64,000 nucleotides of DNA from Podarcis liolepis (GCA_965112155.1 OZ218098.1); one strand, 5' to 3'; positions 39,501-52,133 are shown, numbered from the stretch's first letter. Program-made: numbers and translations. The notes: a model not told the origin generated them from the letters alone.

Positions 39501-42500
39501 TGCATGCAGTCATGTCTTGAGGCTGTGCTATGGTTTCACAAGTGATACACACCCGTGCAGTTGTTGAACTTAATGCCTTTGTCTCCTTTACTTAAGGTGT
39601 TCATCCTGGAAGAGCTGCTCAGCCCCATTGTGACTCCCTTGATCCTCATCTTCTGTCTGAGGCCCAAAGCTCTGGAGATAATTGATTTCTTCCGCAACTT
39701 CACTGTGGAGGTGGTGGGCGTGGGAGATACCTGTTCCTTTGCCCAGATGGATGTGCGGTGGCATGGACACCCTGCGGTAGGTCCCAGTGAGGGGCAGCAT
39801 CATGGACCCGACATGCCGTGCCTCGTCCTGGGTCACAAACACCCTGCAGTGCCCCTGTCCTACCCCAGTATGCAGCTGTGATGCTGCTCGCAGGTCAGGT
39901 CTGCAGTGCCCTTGTGTCTGCTGGCTGCTCCTAGTCCCATTGAGGCAGCTGCATGGTGTGAACAAAACACCCTGTCCCTCTCTTGTTTTGCAGTGGATGT
40001 CAGCCGGGAAGACGGAGGCTTCCGTTTACCAACAAGCCGAGGATGGCAAGACGGAGCTGTCCCTCATGCACTTTGCTATCACCAACCCACACTGGCAACC
40101 TCCTCGGGAGAGCACGGCTTTCATCGGCTTGCTTAAGGAACGTGTGCACCGCGACAGCAGCCTGGCTCTGGCCCAGCAGGCTGTCCTGCCTGACAATGCC
40201 CTCTTCACCTCCATTCAGTCCTTGCAGTCAGAATCAGAGGTATTGGGAACTAGTGTGTGGTAGAACAGGACATAATCCTGGTTTATCATAGGGAGAGATT
40301 TGGAGTGAACTGTTTCTTTTTGGTGGGATGGGAATACTGTTTCTATGTGGGCTTCTGGGCTCAGTGTGGAGTCATTTGAGTGCCATGGTAGTATGGCTGC
40401 CACTGTCTCATTGTGACCTAATTAGACTACCTTCCTCTTGCAAGCATGCTAATTCTGTCTCCTGTTATCTCTTCAGCAAAAGTTAGCCATACTCTCCTAA
40501 AAGTTGGCACCTTCAGAGTCTCCACGTTACCCATCCTCTCTCCCCACTCCTTTATTTCCCAGTTCCTTTCCCTAGGATATCTTATTGCTTCTGTATATTT
40601 TTATTGTGAAAGTTTTAAGCTTACAGAAGACTCAAAGGTTGCAAAATGGAATTGTGATGAATCAATGAGATTCCTGTTGATATGAATTGATATTGGAATA
40701 AATATTGTTCAATAAGATGCACAAATAACACTCAAATGTAAATAAAGTCAGACATAAATAAGCAACATCCCTCCCACCCCCCCCCAGAAGGTCCTTGGTG
40801 TCTTGTGGTTACATTATTGCAATTTCACTCATCCAACTGCATACAATCAAAAACCTAAGGTCCTTTTGTGTTTAGGATCTCTTAATGTGATTAACAATCC
40901 CCTTCTCACTGAATCATTTTCCTATAAGAAAGTCCCCCAACACCTGTAGCATCTTCTCTTCCAAGTGTCACCATTTAGAAAGCATTTGAATTGCTGGGGG
41001 CTGGAGATGGGTGGGCTAATTTTTCAAAATGTGGAGAGAATTCAGGATCCCCATTGCAAAGGTAAAGGTGAAGTTATTTATTTTTATTTTTATTAAAATA
41101 AAACCACCCTTCATCCAAGAATCACAGGGTGGTTTGCAAAGTTCAGTTGTGGTGGTGAAGCGTTGAATGTAGATAGATGGGGCAGGCTTTGGATCTTCCT
41201 GCCTGGGTCACACCTCCCTCCTCTGTTCTCTCCCTGCAGCCACACAGCCTGATTGCCAATGTGATTGCAGGCTCCTCAGTCCTGGGCTACCAGGCAGTCC
41301 GTGATGGGCAGGCCTCACGGCATCTCTCGGCTGTGTCTGAGGTGGCATCTGCCCTGCGTTCTTTCTCTCCTCTTCAGTCAACGCAGGCGGCCCACAGGAG
41401 TTCCCACACAGAAGGTTCCCAACATCGGGGTCCTGGCACAATGGCAGGCTCAGGGTAAGAAGCTGCATGTTGTAAAGGGCTATTGAGCACCTCACCAGCA
41501 CTTTACCCAGAGTGCTCGGAGGACTATTTCATGAGGCTTTCCCCAGCACAGCTATACATTACTGTGTGTTAGAGCAGGAGGCAGCCTCCCAGATGTGCCT
41601 TTGAAGCAGCAGCAAGAGCTTTTTATGCCTTTTATTACCTCCCTCCTATTGGACTCCCAGTTCCCATCAGTGCCAACTAGCATGGCCAGTGGCAAAGACT
41701 GGTCACAAGCTCCCCACCCATGGCTTAGGGTTTCCTTATGTTTGGAGCTGAGGTTATGAGGGACAGCAGAAAGCTATCCAGTTCTGCAAGGCTCCCCAAA
41801 AGATTGCTGTGTGTCTAAACACACACTTTGGAATCCTTTTAGTTATCAGGCTACAGCGGTGGTATGGTTGATGTCACCCTCTCTAGGCTCAGACTCGGAG
41901 GGGCGAAAGTGTGGAGTGGCAAGAAGGTGCCTTCTGGACTCCAAGTTACTCTTTCTAACACATCTTGACTTGACTCTTCTCTCCCTTCTGGCTTGCAGGG
42001 TTGATGCCAGGACAGCTAGTTCTGGCAGTAGTGCCTGGGAGGGCCAGCTTCAGAGCCTGATCCTTTCAGAATATGCCTCTACTGAGATGAGTCTGCATGC
42101 ACTCTACATGCATGAGGTGAGCTGAACATCAAGAATCATGCAAGCCTTTGCAATGGGCCCTGAAGGTTCTGTGTAGACCTGCATCTTGAGACATGTGTAC
42201 CTGAATGAGCACAGCAAAGGAGGACCGAATAAGCCTCTGTACTGTGATATAGCTCCTAACCTAAGAGATAGGCCCTTCATTATACAGAAATCAGGCTGGG
42301 AGCAAAGGCTCCCTTCACTGGGCCATGATTTATGACAATTTGTGCACAACTGAAGATGAGTAGAGAGTCTATAGGCTTGCAGGATGTGAGCAAGACTTTC
42401 ATGGATGCAGGTGATGACTTGCATAGACCTGTGTAGAAGCATGTGAAATTAAGGCTGTAAATGTGATATTTATGTGGAGGCCTGTGATACTTGGATTGTA

Positions 42501-44784
42501 TCAGGTCCCAAACTGGGCTTGCTTGGGACACACGTCAATGTCACCATAGTGTTCTAGTTGGCTGCCCATTAATACTCCCTGCCATTCTCAGTTACACAAG
42601 CAGCATGCCCAGTTGGAGCCTGAGCGGCACTTGTGGCACCGGCGAGAGAGTGATGAGAGTGGTGAAAGTGCCCAGGAGGAGCCCGATGCTCATCAGGGCA
42701 CCCCAAGCAGTGCCATTCCCCGTTCAGCCAGCTATCCTTTCGCCTCGCCTCGCCAGGCTGGTGATGAGACAGCTGCTCTGCAAGCCGGCTTCCAGCGCCG
42801 ATATGGTGGTGTCTCAGGTATGTTTCAAGAACACCAAACTCACAGCACTTCCATATTCCTTAGCCAGAAAAGGCTTTATTTCCTGCCAAACCCTGCACAT
42901 ACACATGCTGGCATTTCTTGTTAACTACAGGGCAACAAGAGAAAAAGATTAGATATCAGTCTGACATGCTGCTTGGCAGTTTTGGTGAACCCTTTTGATG
43001 ACATGGCCAGTGCATCATATATAAGAGGCAAGCCTTTACCTGTGCTGCCTACACTCTCAGATTGCCTCAAGCCTTCACTCCTTGCTGATCAGCAGGTTTG
43101 GAGCACTGGCTAGCAGTGCTGCAAGAGTGGCATTATGAGTTTGGGAAGTTCAAAAATCCATTTTGCTTTCGTTGCTGCCGTTTCAGATGGCACCATTTTC
43201 TCTGTGATTTGGGCTCTCATTTTCTTTGGTTTTGATTTTCAGAAGGCTCAATTTTCTTTGGTTATGAATTTCCAGAAGGGTAACCATGCCAGTCCATGAA
43301 AGCATGTGGCACCTTAAAGACTAATTTATGACATATTCATACCTCATCAGATGGAGTAGACTATGGTTCATAATAAATTTATTAGTCTTAAATGGTGCCA
43401 CAAGAGTCTTCATTGTTCTGGTCACAAAGCTATCAATATACTTATTTCTTTCAACAAGGGGTGTGGCCAAAGCTGGCAGGGTAGGGTGTTGCTTAATAGA
43501 CTTGGTTAGAGGAGCAGGTGGAAACAAAAAGACCAAGAGTACTTGCAAGATATTATATTTCCACTTACGCCACTGCTTCCCAGCTACTGTATCTGTGTTG
43601 GGTGGTAATGAGGAACAGAGCAGACTGGAAGCCCCAAACAGATTTTGCAGCAAACTGATCTCATTTAACTTTGGCTACCCCATCCGGTGGTTATCTTTTC
43701 CTCTTTGTTTTCCCACAGACCCTGGCATGGTGCACAGAGCCCCATCACACTTCGCTCGGCTGCCACTTGGGGGGTGGGCTGAAGATGGCCAGACTGCTCG
43801 GCACCCAGAGCCTGTGCCAGAGGAGAGCTTGGAAGATGAGTTGCCACCTCAGATACACAAGGTACAGCCTGGTTGATACTTGGGCATTGGCAATGGCTGT
43901 GTCATGAAACCAGAGGAATCTGCAGCCTCTTAATGCAGCTATATGTATTACTGCACTATTATCACCAGAAGCTACCTGGCCAAAGACTAGTTAGTACAAA
44001 AATAATTTGATTTTGTGTTTTGGAAGGCTCTACTGATACGAACTAGTCGGGCTTTCAGGAACTCATACACAAAGCAGACCAAATAAATCAGGCAATGCTA
44101 TTCTGTAAACTGCCCCGTGTTCCTTGGTTGAAGGGAGAAATTTAAATTTATAAATTAAAGCCATGTTTGGGTAGACCCCCCCCAAGTGTCATCTCAGAGT
44201 AAGAGGGAAGAGAGTAATATGAGAAGTTGAGAGAGTAAGCCAGGCTTCCTCAACCTTGGCCCTCCAGATGTTTTTGGCCTACAACTCCCATGATCCCTAG
44301 CTAGCAGGACCAGTGGTCAGGGATGATGGGAATTGTAGTCTCAAAACATCTGGAGGGCCGAGGTTGAGGAAGCCTGGAGTAAGCTATGGAGGGACAGATA
44401 GCAATGGCAGGCATTCTGTGAAAGATCTCTAGCTTCAGTATTCTAGCCACACACAAAAGAAGGCTGGGGGCATTTTCTGCCTTGGAAAGGGGAATTTCAG
44501 TATATGCAGCATTTCTTCCCCTCCATCAGCTGTAGCTGTCAAAATGTTCTCTTCCATATGGGTTTTAGAGGTGGAGGATCCTTATTCTCCTTTGCATGTA
44601 GCCAGCTGATATTGCTAAATAGCCTACAGCTTGCTTAAAAATAAATACTGAAAGTTTCAGGAGGTGGGATCTTTGTTTGGCACAAAATCTGGTGTATTCA
44701 GAGCTTTGCTTTGACCCAGTCTTTCTCCTCACTGTCCCCCTTCCCAAATAACTTCCTTTGCCTTCCCAATTCCTTCAGGTGTAG
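33514..44784 (+). CDS. ATG9A: Autophagy-related protein 9A (lipid scramblase), 850 aa; coding exons 33514-33616, 34098-34141, 34586-34650, 34966-35127, 35686-35827, 37286-38034, 39163-39316, 39597-39776, 39994-40239, 41240-41454, 41999-42116, 42592-42817, 43719-43861, 44779-44784
   Basis: Exons join in phase to 2553 nt using one AT-AC intron. Translation MAHFDTEYQRLEASY...PWHHIENLDLFFSRVYNLHQKNGF...RHFNEL.HEL..RL...FILEELLSPI...GKTELSLMHF...RSASYP...EDELPPQIHKV closely matches vertebrate ATG9A as I recall it. Confidence 0.96.
34142..34585 (+). other. U12-type (minor spliceosome) AT-AC intron in ATG9A
   Basis: Donor ATATCCTTA, branch-like TCTCTTTGAC with the A at 34572, acceptor CAC at 34583-34585. 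It restores the FFSR|VYNLH reading. Confidence 0.92.
36590..37230 (-). mobile_element. L2-like LINE 3' fragment
   Basis: Minus-strand peptide KEQVHNLGIILDPLVSLEAQVASVAWSAFHQLWLV resembles the post-RT region of L2/CR1-group LINEs; degenerate. Confidence 0.7.
44241..44376. mobile_element. Palindromic hAT-type MITE; degenerate relatives near 7391-7510, 21120-21235, 21741-21866, 22179-22310, 41645-41720, 47028-47164, 56345-56475, 63050-63150
   Basis: About 34-bp near-perfect TIRs CAGGCTTCCTCAACCT...AGGTTGAGGAAGCCTG; perfect TSD GAGTAAGC. Confidence 0.88.
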
Positions 44785-47485
44785 CTGTGAAGGCTGAAGA
44801 TCTTGTGTGGCTCCACATGGTGGGCCCGCCTCAGCTGGTGGGACATTGGGTTACCCTGCCCTACAAAGTATGGGTTGGCTCAAGTCTCCATGTCCTGGGC
44901 GTCAGTGCCAGAGTGAGGAAGGTGTGAAGACAGCAGTGCCTTCATCGTGGCCGGAACTCTAGCCAGACATGCCTCATGCCGGTGGCACGCTAGCTGGGCA
45001 TGGGCTGGATGTGTGTGTGATTACATATATTTGTCCGTGTCTGCATCCGTGTCGTCCATGTTGGAGAACCATCCGAGACTTGCACAGTACGCCACGGAGC
45101 ACACTACAGTGCAGGAGACTGGCATCCATGCTTGCCCTGCCTGAAATGTCCTGTTGTAGCAGGAGGAGGACCTGCTTTGTGGACCCCCGTTCAGAGGCAG
45201 GAAGAGCTGTAACACTGTCCAGACTACAGCGTGGAATTAAAGATGCAATCAGGCGATAGATTTGGACTCAGGAAAAGAAGGGCTGCAAGAGATTATTTTT
45301 GTAATGGGAATGGGGCACAGGCTTCCTCCAGTGGCAGAGCCTAACTTGGATAGAAGCTTTTCACACACAAGAAGGGTGCGTATCTTCCTCCCTGCTTTAC
45401 CATTCACTCACAAACTTTGAAGCCAAGCCAAAAGAGGCACTCTTGCAGTGCCATCGCCACTCATGCCGCAGGATTTTGTCTTCCTGTGGGCACAAATGAT
45501 TCTACTGTTTGGGGCCACGTTTATTTCGCATCCCTCTTGTAGTATCAAAGCACAGGCTTCGCAGGGTATTGCTTCACAGCCCGTACCAGGTTTTGCTTGA
45601 GGCAATATCTGAAATGACCAAAGTCTCCTTCAAACTTACCAAATGGCACCCAGCTCCAGACCGATGGCTCCATTCTGAGGATGCCCCTTGCTCTCACCTT
45701 GTTCATCCTGCTAGGATTTAGACTCAAGTATGAGGCTCTGCCCCGGGTGCTGTGCTTGTGGGTATGAGGGATGGGTGGAGGAAGGCAATACTTGTCTGTC
45801 CCCGCCCCCATCGCTCTATTTAAATATTTCCCAGATTCCCCATACACTTCCTGTGGGCACAAATGTTTGGGTTCTTCTCCAAGCTAGTGCTGCCCTCCTT
45901 GTGATGTCTCTTTCCTATGGATGCCTTAATGGCAAACATCCAGATCTTGTGGAAGTGCCAGCAAGAGAAGAGTTCCTATCTGCCAAATATATTACCTGTC
46001 ACAATCTTAAGAACTGGGGTGGGCTTCAGGTTCTTGTTGAAAGGGCTGAACCTCTCGCCTGGCTAGACAAGGCGTTCTCTTGAACAGTCTACAGAAGTTC
46101 TGCTGGTTCTACTGGTTCCCCCACTTTATTACTAAAGAACACCATGCCATCGGCTCCACTGTCGTCCTCTAATTCTTATGGGCTATGTGGTCTTAGCACC
46201 ACAGCAAAATACTTTTATAGTTTGCATAGCAAACATCACAAATAATACTTTCCAGACTGCCCAGTGAAAACATTGCATCCCAAGAGGGTGTGGTACAATC
46301 CAGCCAATTATTGCTTAGGGTAATGCTAGTGCTGTCATCAGAGCTACAGGTCCCAATATGGCTTGGTTAACCCTGTGGTTTTGACTCCTTTGTCTTCTCT
46401 GTGGGGCCATTTTATTTTTATTTTTTTACAGTGGCTGCTGCAACCTCCAGTAGCTGTTTGTCAAAGCTCCTGTTGTACATAGGAAAAGCAGCTTGCCATT
46501 ACTGTCACAGATAAAATATGCATCCTTCCTCTCTGTGGGCACAGGCCGGGTTGCATGGAGATCCCTATATGGCCTTGGAACTGACATTGTAGGTCTTGGG
46601 AGCCAGGACTCTTGGGATTTCTTTTCTTCTTTGCCCTCTTTCAGAATTGAAGAGATTATTTGCACTCAGCAATGAATTGATTACAGCTGGTAGTTCACCT
46701 GCTCTAGAAAGGAGATTATGCCCAAAAAGTATACTGTACTTCCCCACTCCCTAACCTAGTTTAACAAAAGAGTGGTAATTGGTGTTGTGGGGTACATGCT
46801 AAAAGGGAAGTTGGTGAGCAGCAGTTTCAAGCTGTCAGTAGTTTAGATGTATGGCTGGTGCTGGGATTTCCCCCCGTTCTTCAGATTACTGGTGCATTTT
46901 AAGGAATTCAAAACAACTGATGGTAAAATATTAATTTGCTGTCTTTCCTGCAAAATACACACCCCCTGGAGTGTAGAAAGAATAGCTTCATAGACTGCAA
47001 CTTTGATCAGTGCTGGTTATGTACTGTTGGGATGGGGAACCTGTAGTTTGTGAAACTTTACTATATTACAACTCCTATCATCCCTGACCCTGGAGCATGG
47101 TGGCTGGAGCTGATGGGATTTGGAGTCCAACAGCATCTGGAAAACTACAGGGTCACAGTCCCTGCACTACAACGATCAGCTGCAGAGCAGCCCCATTGGC
47201 AGAGATGAGCCTGCTGCATCCTAGTGGAAATGTTACTGTACCCCTGGTCTAGCAGTGAATAAAAGGAGCGTTCTCAGCTAAAACATGGGGTGGGTGGGAA
47301 TTCTAGCTGTCATGTATTATGCTTGTCTTGATTTTGCCCCCATCTTTTTGTGCATGGTACAGCCACCTGTGGCCTCCTGCTTCGTTTGTGACACTAGAGG
47401 CTGACCTGTGAGTTATGTGGAGCACTGCAAGTGGTTTGTAAAACAGAGCTTATGTCTGACATCCTGTACAGTACTGTATCTACTG

Positions 47486-47491
47486 AATAAA
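47486..47491 (+). terminator. Candidate ATG9A poly(A) signal AATAAA (3' UTR about 2.7 kb); alternative at 47258-47263
   Basis: Canonical hexamer with upstream TGTA elements and downstream GU/U-rich sequence. Confidence 0.7.
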
Positions 47492-49129
47492 GAGGGGTGT
47501 TCCATTCTTTGATCGCTGTGGCCGTGCCTGTGGAATTGTCTTTCATTGTGTCTGGTAGGATAACAGCCTGCTACCTACAAGATGAATCCAGGTGGATCAC
47601 AGGATAGTTGGCCATCATCACAATGCTTGTGGCACTAATGGGGTAGTTACTATCTACTGGATTTTTGTACATGCACTGCTACAGTGCTATTTTTCAAAAG
47701 AAATAATGCAACTCATCATGAACACTCGGGTTCTCTTAGAATGGCAATGGCACCCACCTGAGAGGTGCCAGAACTGCGTTCCAACCAGTTGCCTCAGAAA
47801 AAAAAGCCCCAGACTGCTATAATATCCAAAGAGGCACATCTTTTCTGGCCCAAATGAATGCTGTGAAATGAGTGTGTCACGTCTAGGAGCAAAAATATAT
47901 TTAGCATTTACCATGTGCTTAGGAGCTGTTGTTATTTTTTTTATAGGGAACATAGCACCAGTTTGGGTACATTTAAAGGGGCATGCTAAATGCATTCTGG
48001 TACTTTTGGGTTTATAATTCTATAGCCAAATACTGCTAAGAACTCATATGTAGCAATACTGATTTTGTGTGTGAATGCAATTTTAAAATGTATTTCCAAT
48101 TTGTAAAAAAAAGTCAGGACGTGAGGGGACAGGGAGGATCAGAGGGCATCTATGCTAAATGTTTAAGAATTGTGGCCATGACCTGTGGTGATGCTCTTGA
48201 CCTAGACAACTTCCCTTATCCCCATCTCCATCCTTAATCTGAAGGATTAGACTGTCTTTTCTGAGGCAAGCCACAAGAAGGCCTGCCAATATAAGGAAAG
48301 AGCTGTGCGTGGGAGTACATATACTTTGTGTCATTATTAAGATTTAAAGTTCTGACTTCTGGCTCTGGGATGCCCCTTCTTGTTGATAATCTTAAGGAAA
48401 CTGTCTTTATTTATAGTTTTAACATTTGTTGTAAATTGCTGAGAGTTTTCACTCCAAGCAGTATATATACTTTGTTAAATAAAAAGCCCATAATATCTGC
48501 ATACAATGGAACTGTAAGACAAGCTGATTTTAATACATAACTAGCAAATTAAAACAAAACAAACTAGTCATTTTTACTGCTTAAAAATAGTCCTAGGAAA
48601 TCCTTGTATCAGGGTTGCATCAGGATCTAAAAAGAGGTATAACCCAATACTATGAATATCTATTCAAATTTAAATAATAATAATAATTAACTAATTATTT
48701 CAGTGAAAGTTACTGACAAAATTGGGTTTGCTTATTTATTTATTACAACATTTATATCCTACTGTATACTGGTGCCAGGGCACCACTCTGCAGCTGACAG
48801 CTTAAAATTACTGGTTTCATAACAGTCGGGTAGTTAACTTGTCCAAGATGAAATTCATAATGATGGACACATACTGGGTAGTGACAGCGGCAAAAGGCAC
48901 TCCTAAGGCTCTCACGTGCACTCTGTTCCTTTCACGTCTTAGATATTTCAGAGCAGAGACTTTATGAGCCTTGGCTCAATTAAGCTTTGAATGGAATGAG
49001 ACATTTAGAGTCACAGCGGTGCCCCTATCCTTCTTTAAACAGCTCTGCATGATATCCTCACAACAACCTTGTGAGGCAGAGAAAAAGTGATAGGCTCAAG
49101 TTCGCACACTTTCCTCCAAGGCTTTTTTT

Positions 49130-50080
49130 TTTTTTTGCTGCCGCCGCAGCACCTTTCACAGCAGCGTTAGCAAACTGAACCCGGATTCAAAGCCACACTC
49201 GGACGCACGCTCGTTTGCGATGTGTACACACATGCTTAGGATTGTGCTGACTCATTCCAGTTCGGTATCCTTGTTTTAGACTGCGGACGTACAAATGCGG
49301 AGGAGCGGGATCGGGGTGAAGCGCTGGCCCATGATAAATTTGAGGGCAGCACCTGCCCTCGATCGTCCCACCTTCGCAACCTGCGTCGTGCGCTCTTGCT
49401 CGGCGGGAAATAAATAAGAGCAACGGCCCGGAGCTTGAGCGCCTGTGTTGGAACACGCGGGCGCTAGGACCCAGGCGGAACCTGCCTAACAAGTGTTGAC
49501 AAAGGCGGCGCTAGGACCCCGGGGGCGCCGATCGGGCCTGCCGCGGCTCCCGAAACTCGGCTGCGGACGCGCCGCTGCACATTGGCCGAGCCAACCGGGC
49601 GGTGGGGAGAGTGGGTGGGCTGGACTGACGAGACCCGAGCAGGCAAGTAGACGTTGGTGGGAGAAGGGGGCAGGCGGGGGGGGGGGATTGAGGGGAAGCG
49701 GGCGGCGGCGGCGGCGGCGGCCCCTTTGCTGCGTCCTCGCCGGCTGGCAGCACAGAGAGGCGGCAGGGGGCGGGGGATAACACAGCCCCATGGCTTGATC
49801 TCCACCGCCGCCTCCTCTTCCTCCTATGCCCGAGCCCATTGCCCAGCAGCCAGGCCTGTTGCCCAAAGTGTGTGGGGTAACAGGGGTAGGCGGCGAGGGT
49901 GGGTGCTCAGCACCGTCGTCTCCTCGCTGTGCTCCCCGGGGTGCCCTTGAGTCAGGAAGCTGGCGGCTTCTGCCTGGGAAAGTTCACCGCTTGGAAAGTG
50001 GGAACACACAGCAGCTGGACCCGGGGAGGGCAGGAATCCAAAGCGCCACTCGAGGGCGCGGAGTGTAGTCATAACAACAC
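49130..50080 (+). promoter_or_regulatory. CpG-island promoter / 5' UTR exon region of ABCB6
   Basis: CpG-rich, with ATTGG near 49581, GC boxes and a GGC run at about 49701-49720. It lies about 2.5 kb upstream of the acceptor (52510) preceding the ABCB6 ATG. Confidence 0.75.
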
Positions 50081-51397
50081 GGTGATGATGTGCTATTTTG
50101 ATATCGTGCATCAGAAAGAACGGATTAAAACCCACGGAGAGGTGTGGAGGAAGGCATCAGAAATACCCGTTGAGGATATTCATGGAGGAAAAGGCTATAT
50201 CAGTGGCCCTTAAAAAAAGAAGACAAGTTTCTAGCATTTGGGAAAGTAGCTCAGGGTTTATTTGTGTATTAAAAGCTGTGGGGCAGAGGGAAGATAGCTG
50301 AGCAAAAACTTCAGTGCATTGCATCCATTCTAGTAGCACCAGCACTGTAAATTACGGTATGCCAGCCAGCAAACTGATGCAAATATGTTTAATTTGTTTA
50401 TTTTATCGAAGTCTCAGCTACCAAAGTCATATGGGTTGGGTTCAGAGGACGTTAAACATTAATGGAACTCAAACCGAGGAGAAAGCAGTTAGGTGCAAAA
50501 GGTTATGGAGAGTGGCAACAAGGAGTCACACAGTGCATGTGTTCTCAGAAGTAAGCCCCACTGGGCTCAATGGGGTTAATTCCCCGGTTAATGTGCATAC
50601 TTGCTACCATAGTTGACCTGTGAAACTCAATGATCTGGGATCACGCTATTGTACGCACACAACAGGCTTAGAGGTTTTGTTCTGTTTTTAAAGGATCAAT
50701 TTCATCAGAAGAGTCTATCAACATCTACGGAACTGCCATCCTAGAATAGACTTGTGAAGGGCCAAATGTCTTTGTGGCAACCCACAGCACTAGTGCCACA
50801 CGTGACCCTGCCCCCAGTTTCATGTGGGTGACAAGGGGAAGGGGGCGTTGGGATTGCAGGAGAGGGAATGGGGATGAAGCCACCTACTGCCTGAAATAGA
50901 TCCCTCTTCCCCCAAAGCAGCCCTTGACATATGCCCTTGAGATATGTAAATCCTTCCCATAAAGGAAGGCTATCTACTTGCCAGCCGATGGCAGATTATC
51001 CCAAATATTCCAGAGCACTGTGCCATAAGCACAGAACATCTGCACCACAGAAAGTGTCTGCACAAAAATTGTTGCAGAAGACTTAGGAAAGCAAGCCATG
51101 TTAGAAGGAAAAGAGGAGTGGGGGGCAACCTTCCCCATGGCTACTGGAAAATCTAAAATTGTGAAAAAAATCCTACCTGACCTAAACATGAGTAAACAGA
51201 TAGGCCCTAAATATGAGCAAAATCTATCCACTATTCTCAAAAGAAAAATGTTACCAAGATACAGCTCCTCCCCACGCAGCTATCACTCTGATTTTAAGTG
51301 TGGCAGTTCTTGATGCCTTGTGCTAAGCAATTCCTTAAACTAGGAGGTGGGGTGAACAACAAGGTGAGATCTCTGCCCCAGATACTGTGTGGTTTCT

Positions 51398-51990
51398 AAT
51401 AATAATAATAATAATATTTTTTTATTTATACCTCGCCCTTCCCGGTTCAAAAACCGGACTCAGGATGGCTAACAACAAATTTAAAAGCACTTTAAAACAC
51501 TTAATTATAAAAGCAGCATAAAATACAGTATAAAAAACATGAATAACAATAAAATTCAAAAATAAAAAATCAATTAGATAATCCCCAGGGCTAGCTGGCT
51601 GAATTGGTCCTACTTGGGCCAGTGAAGAGGCCAGGGTTGAATTAGCTGTGGGGTCTCAGAGCGGGTGATCTTCATTAAAGGGGAGGGGGAGGGAAAAAAT
51701 GGAAATAAAAGATCAGGCTGAATTCAAATTAAAAGCCAGGTGGAATAGGTCTGTCTTACAGGCCCGACAGAAGGAGGTCAAATCCTGAAGGGCCCTAGTC
51801 TCATGGAACAGAGCATTCCACCAGGTCGGAGCCATCACTGAAAAGGCCCTGGCCCTGGTGGAGGATAGTCTGACTTCGTTAGGGCCTGGGACCTCTAAAC
51901 TATGGTTATTCATGGACTTTAAGGCCCTCTGCAGGGCATACCAGGAGAGGCGGTCCCATAGATACAAGGGCCCTAAGCCACAAAGGGCTT
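51398..51990 (-). mobile_element. L2-like LINE 3' end with simple-repeat tail
   Basis: Peptide ..RARAFSVMAPTWWNALF..TSFCRACKTDLFHLAF and an adjacent (TAA)n tail. Confidence 0.75.
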
Positions 51991-52099
51991 TTGCATTTCC
52001 CTATGAAGTGTCTCACCCTGTCTCTTTTGATGGGGTGGCATATTGAGCAAGAAGGATTAAAAAAATTGTCCAAGATGGGTGACTGCTTTCATGCCTGCA

Positions 52100-52101
<2 letters not shown>

Positions 52102-52133
<32 letters not shown>
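52102..52133. repeat. (GT)n microsatellite
   Basis: Read directly from the sequence. Confidence 0.95.

Noticed and set aside
43328-43876. 182-aa ORF extending upstream from an ATG9A exon
   Set aside because: Only 43719-43861 resembles ATG9A. The upstream part is intronic, and a strong acceptor lies at 43718.
46856-46862. Single miR-29 seed match TGGTGCT in the ATG9A 3' UTR
   Set aside because: One 7-mer in 2.7 kb is compatible with chance.
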